From positions 962,126 to 1,026,125 of the forward strand of contig OZ244559.1 of NCBI GenBank assembly GCA_965217675.1: a DNA stretch of 64,000 nucleotides. Direction: 5' to 3'. The position numbers and the translations under genes are program-made. Source of the stretch: Dehalococcoidia bacterium (lineage in GTDB: Bacteria > Chloroflexota > Dehalococcoidia > Lucifugimonadales > UBA1127). Positions 57,779-64,000 of the stretch are shown here, piece after piece (positions within the stretch are counted from its first letter, which is position 1; each line of letters starts with the position of its first letter). The notes below the pieces were generated by a model. It was not told the DNA's origin, did no database searches, and worked only from the letters and a program-made list of their open reading frames with translations.

Positions 57779-59061
57779 CACCTGTAGGGAATGTGACCGG
57801 GGTACTCCGAATGCTCTGCGTTGCTGTACCAGCAGTCATAGTAGGCACGAGCTCCTTCATAGCGGGCAAATGCCTGCTCATAATGGGCAACCGCTCGACT
57901 GAAACGGTCGAGCGCTCTATCCCAATCGGCCAACGCCTGATCCCTGCGCTCGCGAGCCTGATTCACGTAGACCAGGTAAGTCTGGCAGAGGAAGACGTTT
58001 GAGCAGATTGAAATTGAGGTTGATAGATAGGAGTTGTATTCATCTCGTGCACGATAATAGGCGTTCTTGGCGGCCGTGAGGGAGATCTCAGCGGCGCCAA
58101 CGGCATTCTCCGCGGCTGGAAGTGCATTCCTCGCCGCTTCGTAGGCAACCATCGCCGAGTTAACGTTGTTGCGCAGGGTGGCGTTTTCCGGTCTCGTATT
58201 CTTGTGGACTTCAATCATGTATCCATTCACGGCCGTGTGCGGCACCCAACACCCGTCAGCCTCGCTGTTGGCGTCACCCTTGGGCCAAAAAAAGTAGATG
58301 CCATTTCTGTAGCTAGTGTCCACCACCCGGTGGGATGTGTTGCTGTGAGCTGGCTCATCAGGCCAGCAAGCTTGGCTCTCGAAGGCGATTACCGTCCCTA
58401 CGACGATGTCTGCCGGGTCAAAGTCCAGCAAATACGTGGCAGTGTCCAGGCATGTCTTCTTTGGTTCCATACTGCCGGTGCAAAAACTCCCGCGCTCTGC
58501 AGTCCTTGCCAGAATTAGGGGCTTGTGCCGTGCCTCCAGCCGGGCAATCTCCGTCCGCAGGGTGCCGGCCGTGCTTTCCAGGTCCGCGACGGTGCCGTTC
58601 ACCAACCGCCACGTCTCGTACTCTTGGTCCAGGGCAGTGAACTTCGTGCTCAGTTGGTCGTGCTCCTGCTCCAAGTGGCTGTACCGGCCTGCCAGCACGC
58701 TCTTGTCATGGGCCAGTGTGCGGTTCTCCTCTGAGAGGCCATGCACCTGCGTGTTGACGTCACCCAACTCCCTACGAAGCTCATCCTGGAGAACGATGGC
58801 CGCTGCCAGGTCGCCCGTGAGCGTCTCGTTGGTGGTCTGTGCAGCCGTGAGGGATGCCTCCAGCGTGCCCTTCTCAGTGTCCAGCCGCGCAATGGTCTCC
58901 CGCAGGTTCTGCGCCTGGGCACCCAATGCGGCGTTGCGGGCGATGGTCTCTTTCAAGCTGGCGTTGGCTTGGCCGAGCTCCACGAACAGGTAGCCGACGC
59001 CGGAACCCACGATGGCCACAAGCACGACGACAACAGCGACAAGTACGCGCGTTCTTTTCAT
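57775..59061 (-). CDS. Membrane-anchored coiled-coil protein with central S26 (SipW-type) peptidase-like domain
   Basis: N-terminal TM; heptad-rich aa 30-180; TGSMEP...GTVIAF...HRVV...KGDAN; C-terminal helical hairpin. Confidence 0.7.
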   Translation of the reverse strand: MKRTRVLVAVVVVLVAIVGSGVGYLFVELGQANASLKETIARNAALGAQAQNLRETIARLDTEKGTLEASLTAAQTTNETLTGDLAAAIVLQDELRRELGDVNTQVHGLSEENRTLAHDKSVLAGRYSHLEQEHDQLSTKFTALDQEYETWRLVNGTVADLESTAGTLRTEIARLEARHKPLILARTAERGSFCTGSMEPKKTCLDTATYLLDFDPADIVVGTVIAFESQACWPDEPAHSNTSHRVVDTSYRNGIYFFWPKGDANSEADGCWVPHTAVNGYMIEVHKNTRPENATLRNNVNSAMVAYEAARNALPAAENAVGAAEISLTAAKNAYYRARDEYNSYLSTSISICSNVFLCQTYLVYVNQARERRDQALADWDRALDRFSRAVAHYEQAFARYEGARAYYDCWYSNAEHSEYPGHIPYRC

Positions 59062-59419
59062 CGTGGTCCTTCCTCCTCCTTCCAGAGACCAAGCGGCAGT
59101 CCAGTAGGTCTAAGTCGAAGAACCCCCTGCCACGACACTCTTGCCCCGGCGTTTCGCCCCTCGCTACCCTCCCCGCATGGGGCAGGCCTCTGCCGCGTGA
59201 CGGAAGCCCTGCAGGTGAGGTTGAATGGGTGACCGACATCCGAATTGTCTCCCACGGGAATACCTTCTTGAAATCCAAGAAGCCGTAGCTGGAAACGAAT
59301 CCCTCAGATACGAGGGCGACTGTAATAGTCAAATCCCCTGCCAGCACCAAGCTGGCCTCCCGCCGTCAGCGAGGCAGGGTCATACATGGGTCTTCCTCTG
59401 CGGGAATAGGGGCGCAACC

Positions 59420-59731
59420 CTAGCTGGAGGCCACCCAGATGCCGCCGTCCTCCACCTTCACCGGGTATTTGGTGATGCCCGGGTCGTAGGGCGAGATCTT
59501 GACGTAATTGCGGATGTTGAATGCGATGCTGTGGCCCGAGCAGACGATCTCCTCGCCGTCCAGAAAGCCGGCGTCCAGCGGCCAGCTCGCGTGGGGGCAC
59601 TCGTTGCCGACGGCGATGACCTCGCCTTCGACGTTGGCGAGGCAGATCTCGTAGCCGTGGGCCTCGGCGCGCATGAGCTCGCCGGGGGGCAGGTCGGACG
59701 CGTTGGCGACGCGGATGTAGTCTTCGGCCAA
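59420..59731 (-). CDS. Rieske [2Fe-2S] ferredoxin
   Basis: CPH...CSGH ligands; TTG start after GAAGGAG. Confidence 0.85.
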   Translation of the reverse strand: MAEDYIRVANASDLPPGELMRAEAHGYEICLANVEGEVIAVGNECPHASWPLDAGFLDGEEIVCSGHSIAFNIRNYVKISPYDPGITKYPVKVEDGGIWVASS

Positions 59732-59994
59732 GGTGGCGCTCCTTCGGTGGTGTCAGCCCCCTGCCGCGCGCGTCTGCGAGCGGCATGACGGGCCCGCCTC
59801 AGCATAGCAGGTTCAGCGCGCCGCGGGCGAGCGTCCCTCCGGTGAGGGCGCTCACCTGAGGGGGCCGGTTGACGCACCGGGCCCCAGGAATCACCATGGG
59901 CAGTGCGAAGACAGGGGCATGTGACAAAGTTTGTGACATCATGCGAGCCTAAATTCGTAGCTGAAATAGGCTGTTTCGGACGAGGAGACATTGA

Positions 59995-60567
59995 ATGACA
60001 CAAGAGGCGGGCGGGGAGAAGACGAAGCCGCGGACCGGCAGACGGAAGGCAACGGGCCTCGTCATCGTGAACACCGGCAACGGCAAAGGCAAGACGACCG
60101 CCGCGCTCGGCGTATTGTTCCGTGCATGGGGGCGCGGCCTCAATGTGCGCATGTTCCAGTTCATCAAGAACTCCGGCTCTCGCTACGGCGAGCAGCGGGC
60201 CGCGGAGAAGGTGGGCATTCCCATGACCGCTGTGGGGGACGGCTTCACGTGGCTTTCCAAGGACCTGGACCACTCTGGAGAGCTGGCGGCGCAGCAGTGG
60301 GGGAACTGCAAGGAGGCGCTGCTGCATGGCGACTACGACGTCATTGTCATGGACGAGATGACGTATGCGCTGCAGTTTGGGTGGGTTTCCACCGCGGAGG
60401 TCATTGAGACGCTGAAGCAACGGCCGTCGACGCTGCACGTCATCATCACGGGCCGGGACGCGCCTGACGAGCTCGTTGAGTACGCCGACCTCGTGACGGA
60501 GATGCGGGAGATCAAGCATCCCTTTGCGGACAAGGGCATCAAGGCGCAGCCGGGCATCGAGTTCTAG
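59995..60567 (+). CDS. cobO: Cob(I)yrinic acid a,c-diamide adenosyltransferase
   Basis: NTGNGKGKTTAALG, FQFIK, YDVIVMDEM, VIITGR, ADLVTEM..IKHPF..GI.AQ.GIEF. Confidence 0.93.
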   Translation: MTQEAGGEKTKPRTGRRKATGLVIVNTGNGKGKTTAALGVLFRAWGRGLNVRMFQFIKNSGSRYGEQRAAEKVGIPMTAVGDGFTWLSKDLDHSGELAAQQWGNCKEALLHGDYDVIVMDEMTYALQFGWVSTAEVIETLKQRPSTLHVIITGRDAPDELVEYADLVTEMREIKHPFADKGIKAQPGIEF

Positions 60568-60628
60568 CGCGTCGCCGCTTCCGAAGGCGCTTCAGATATG
60601 AATTCTGAGCCCTTTGAGGCCTGTTTGC

Positions 60629-60940
60629 CTAGCCCAGGTCCACCAGAATGTCGTCGCCGTCCACCTTTACAGGGAAAGACCGGGCCGACTCCTCGGGGAC
60701 GCCGGTGCGCTGGCCGTTCTTGACGCTGTAGAAGTGGCTGTGGCCGGGGCACTCGACGCAATCGTCCTCCAGAATGCCCTCGTGGAGCGCCCAGCCCTCG
60801 TGCGGGCAGAAGTTGTCGAGGGCGTAGAACTCGCCGTCCAGGTTGGCGATCATGACTTCCACGTCGCCCACCTTGGTCATAGCAAGCATTCCGGGCTTGA
60901 CGGCGGATGTCTGGGCGACTTTTACGTAGTTCTCCGGCAT
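60629..60940 (-). CDS. Rieske [2Fe-2S] ferredoxin
   Basis: DNFCPHE...VECPGH ligands. Confidence 0.88.
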   Translation of the reverse strand: MPENYVKVAQTSAVKPGMLAMTKVGDVEVMIANLDGEFYALDNFCPHEGWALHEGILEDDCVECPGHSHFYSVKNGQRTGVPEESARSFPVKVDGDDILVDLG

Positions 60941-61198
60941 GGAAATCCTCCGATTAGCGTGCTGCCGCCATACGATAGCAATTGTAGCTGAAGTTGTCCA
61001 ATGGACCGCGAGCTAACCCGGCAAGCCTAATTACGTTCTCAATAGTGAGAGAGGCCTGCCACTGGCCCATTGGCGAATGTTCGTGAAGAGGAGGCCCACA
61101 GATACAAAATAGAGGGTGGGACAATGAATCCTAATCGAATGCCATACAAACGCTCATCAAACGCTTTACTTATAAATCAGCTACAGGAGCGAAAAACC

Positions 61199-62485
61199 AT
61201 GAGCGCTGGCATCGTTTTCTACATAGGAGCGGCCCTCGTCTTCCTCCTGGCCGCCTGCAACACCACGGAGGACGTCACAGGGCCGGAAGCCGACACGGCC
61301 ACACCCAGCCCGACGCCGACGGCCATTACCGTAAGCTCCTCGGTTGTCACAGAAACCGTCGTGGACCCGGTGACATTGGTCGAGGGCAACCGGTCGCCGG
61401 CCGTCGTGGATGTGCAGATCGACGCTATGGACATCGTCGCGGCAAGGGAAGAGGTGCTGGCCCGTATCTACGAGGACTCCTTGCCTTCTGTCGTCTTCGT
61501 ACGCGTGGTCCATCGCCTTGACCCCGACGACAGGCAGTTCGGCGGCGACTTCTTCGGTGGGATTCCCCGTGACCGCTTTGACGAGTACCAACACGGTGCA
61601 GGCTCTGGCTTCGTCTGGGATGAGGAGGGCCACATCCTCACCAACTGGCACGTGGTGGAGGGATCGGACAGCGTAAGCGTCGTCTTCGCTGACGGTGAGG
61701 AGTTTGAGGCTGAGCTCCTGGGCGGCGACCCTGATTCTGACCTGGCCATTGTGAAGATAGATACGGCACAGCGTCAGGTCCAGCCATTGCCGCGCGGGGA
61801 CATAGATGACCTTCGGGTCGGTCAGCTGGCGCTTGCCATCGGCAGCCCCTTTGGGCAGGACTTCACCCTGACCAGCGGCATCGTGAGCGCGCTGGGGCGC
61901 ACCATTCGTAGCAGGAGCGGCCCATACTCCATCCCGCTGGTGGTGCAAACGGACGCGCCCATCAACCCCGGCAACTCCGGCGGCCCGCTGCTGGACCGGC
62001 TCGGACAGGTCATCGGCATCAATACCCAGATCCTGAGCCAATCGGGGGCCAACTCCGGCGTGGGCTTCGCAGTGCCCATCGACATCGCGAAGCAAGTCGT
62101 GCCGGACCTGATTGAGCACGGCAAGTACGAGTACGCGTGGCTGGGCATCAGCGGCGCCACGCTGACCGCCGACGTTGTCGAGCACATGGGCCTGCCGGAG
62201 GCGTCCCGCGGCGTCCTCATCGTAAAAGCCATCGAAGACGGCCCTGCAGAGGGGGCAGGCATCAAGGGCGGTGAGGAAGAGGTGACCATCGAGGGTGAAG
62301 ACATTGTCTTGGGCGGCGACGTCATCATGGCCATCAACGGCGAGCCGGTGAAGGAGATGCACGACCTCATTTCCTACTTGGTCGAGCACGCCCGCCCCGG
62401 CGACGACATTGAGTTGGATGTCTTGCACAGCAACGGCGAGACGGAGATCATAACCGTCACCTTGGAGATCAGGCCGGAAAACTAG
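61199..62485 (+). CDS. HtrA/DegP-type serine protease lipoprotein (trypsin-like plus PDZ)
   Basis: Lipobox LAAC; ILTNWHVV, DLAIVKI, QTDAPINPGNSGGPL, GDVIMAING. Confidence 0.9.
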   Translation: MSAGIVFYIGAALVFLLAACNTTEDVTGPEADTATPSPTPTAITVSSSVVTETVVDPVTLVEGNRSPAVVDVQIDAMDIVAAREEVLARIYEDSLPSVVFVRVVHRLDPDDRQFGGDFFGGIPRDRFDEYQHGAGSGFVWDEEGHILTNWHVVEGSDSVSVVFADGEEFEAELLGGDPDSDLAIVKIDTAQRQVQPLPRGDIDDLRVGQLALAIGSPFGQDFTLTSGIVSALGRTIRSRSGPYSIPLVVQTDAPINPGNSGGPLLDRLGQVIGINTQILSQSGANSGVGFAVPIDIAKQVVPDLIEHGKYEYAWLGISGATLTADVVEHMGLPEASRGVLIVKAIEDGPAEGAGIKGGEEEVTIEGEDIVLGGDVIMAINGEPVKEMHDLISYLVEHARPGDDIELDVLHSNGETEIITVTLEIRPEN

Positions 62486-62726
62486 TTAAATGCGGGCACC
62501 CCACCTCGGAGGAGGGCTGCGCCAGGGAGCCAGCCCTCCTCTGAATTTGCCAAGTGGCCCTATATTAGACGCACCGCACGACCCTTGAGCGCCTGCCCCA
62601 CCCCAGTCTATGCTCGCCGCGTTCCGACCGATTGGAACCATCACGGCGCAAACGGTGTCTAAGTATGTGAGAGGCCGTCGGAGGGCATTCCCTCGGAGGC
62701 CCAATTCGCCCGGTAGAGGTGACACG

Positions 62727-63890
62727 ATGCAGGGCTCACGCAACACCGCTTTCTTCGCCGCCATTGCCGTGCTCGCGCTGCTGTTTGCGCTTGCTGCTTG
62801 CAATGACGCGCCCCCACCCAACCCTACCGCCACTGTTACCGCCGAGGTGCCATCGGGTAAGGAGCCCAACGCCTCGGTGCGCGGCACGGTCACGTACAAG
62901 GAGGACATCACCCTGACCCAAGGCGCGCAGCTCATCGTCAGTCTGCGTGACACCTCGCTGCAGGACGCAGCCGCTCCGCTCATCGCCCAGCAAATCATTG
63001 AGGACCCTGGGCAGGTTCCCATTGCCTTTGAGGTTGAGTACAACCGCCACGACATCAAAGAGCGCAACACGTACTCCGTCAGCGCCCGCATCGTGGAGGC
63101 CGACGGTCGCCTCGCCTTCATCAACGACACCGCGTACGACGTCATCACGCGCGGCAAGCCGGACCGCGTGGACATGGATCTCAAATTGGTGCAGCCGCCA
63201 CCCGACCTCGCCGCACAAGTCGACGGCGACCACCGCACATGGGTGGAAGTGCCGCCCTGGGTCATCCGCGCCAACCGCATCCCCAACGAGCAGGAGCACT
63301 TCCTGCGCATCGAGTTCTACCAGTCGAGCGTGGAAGACTGCGCTCGCCCGGGCAGCCAGAGCATCGAGGTTGGGGGGAATGAGATTGCCGCGACACTCAC
63401 CCTACAGCAGCCGCCGGACGTGCCCTGGGACACGGGCTGCGCAGCCGAGTTCGTGGAACTGGACGCCATCGAGCCTATTCCCGCTGAGCTATCGGCTGGC
63501 AAGCCCTACACGGTCACCGTGAACGGTGTGGTTGTCAGCACCTTCACGCTGCCCAGGGAGGGCCTCCGCGACTCCATCATCGTGAAGTCGCCCGTGCAGC
63601 GCGTCGAGGTGTATGAGTTGGAGAGCGATTCGGTGCAGTACGTCGTCGAGGTGGTCTCCGGTAGGCCGTCTGGAAGCTGCACCCAGTTCAACGGATACGA
63701 GATCGTACGGAGGAACGACAATGCGATCAACGTGGAGATCACCCACCACCAGATCGTCGACCCGCAGGCCATCTGCACCAAGGACTACCCCATCGAGGAG
63801 ACTGCCGTGCCGCTCGGAGTCCTGGAGGAGGGCGTTGAGTACACGCTCACCGTCAACGGCGCGCACAGGCAGACGATCGTGGGCAGGTAG
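62727..63890 (+). CDS. YbaY-domain lipoprotein with two Cys-containing repeat domains
   Basis: Lipobox LAAC; VRGTVTYKE.I.L...VSLRDTSLQDA...QVPIAF..YSVSARI; two modules ending Y.(V/L)TVNG. Confidence 0.7.
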   Translation: MQGSRNTAFFAAIAVLALLFALAACNDAPPPNPTATVTAEVPSGKEPNASVRGTVTYKEDITLTQGAQLIVSLRDTSLQDAAAPLIAQQIIEDPGQVPIAFEVEYNRHDIKERNTYSVSARIVEADGRLAFINDTAYDVITRGKPDRVDMDLKLVQPPPDLAAQVDGDHRTWVEVPPWVIRANRIPNEQEHFLRIEFYQSSVEDCARPGSQSIEVGGNEIAATLTLQQPPDVPWDTGCAAEFVELDAIEPIPAELSAGKPYTVTVNGVVVSTFTLPREGLRDSIIVKSPVQRVEVYELESDSVQYVVEVVSGRPSGSCTQFNGYEIVRRNDNAINVEITHHQIVDPQAICTKDYPIEETAVPLGVLEEGVEYTLTVNGAHRQTIVGR

Positions 63891-64000
63891 CCGGCACGCC
63901 GAGTGTCGACCAGCCCCAGCGGGGGAGGGTTGAGGGGGCCCTTCCCTCCATGCGTCGCGCTATATGGGAGGCGCCACACGACGCGGGCCCGTCGGCGCAG

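Overview
High-GC bacterial chromosome segment, most likely Chloroflexota (Dehalococcoidia/SAR202-like). This is inferred from the single-subunit GlyRS, the Rho 'GERPEEVT' variant and the paralog-rich catabolic genes (LLM, MetE-II, Mo-hydroxylase). Most of the window is housekeeping: xerD, carboxyltransferase/BCCP, IDH-like and mdh, folP/folK/folC/folD, fabF, pyrG, rho, sbcD, glyQS, rnhB, mnmA, three tRNAs, phoB-phoR-pstSCA, rnd, dapA-asd-dapB, pnp-rpsO and cobO. The main unexplained structure is at 18-24 kb. It holds a MazF toxin with an unusually long wHTH-like antitoxin and a TdeIII/MjaII-like (GGNCC-type) restriction-modification cassette whose methyltransferase has an in-frame TAA. The cassette is bracketed by an 18/20-identical repeat that is built from GGWCC sites and overlaps the -10 boxes of two sigma70 promoters. 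Two hendecad-repeat membrane-protein paralogs flank glyQS. A dispersed family of degenerate intergenic elements (about 7.5, 19.1-19.5, 29.15-29.86 and 59.25 kb) shares CAGCTACG/GAAACAA modules; the first three loci also share a fixed YTGACA-N32-TANNNT-N6-ATG head. Other oddities: a coiled-coil protein with an embedded S26 (SipW-type) peptidase domain, a D-QxK nuclease-like/glycine-zipper protein in a two-gene islet, and a Mo-hydroxylase large subunit with Gln at the catalytic Glu position. No CRISPR array, rRNA or transposase was seen. All calls come from reading the sequence by eye; no database searches were run.
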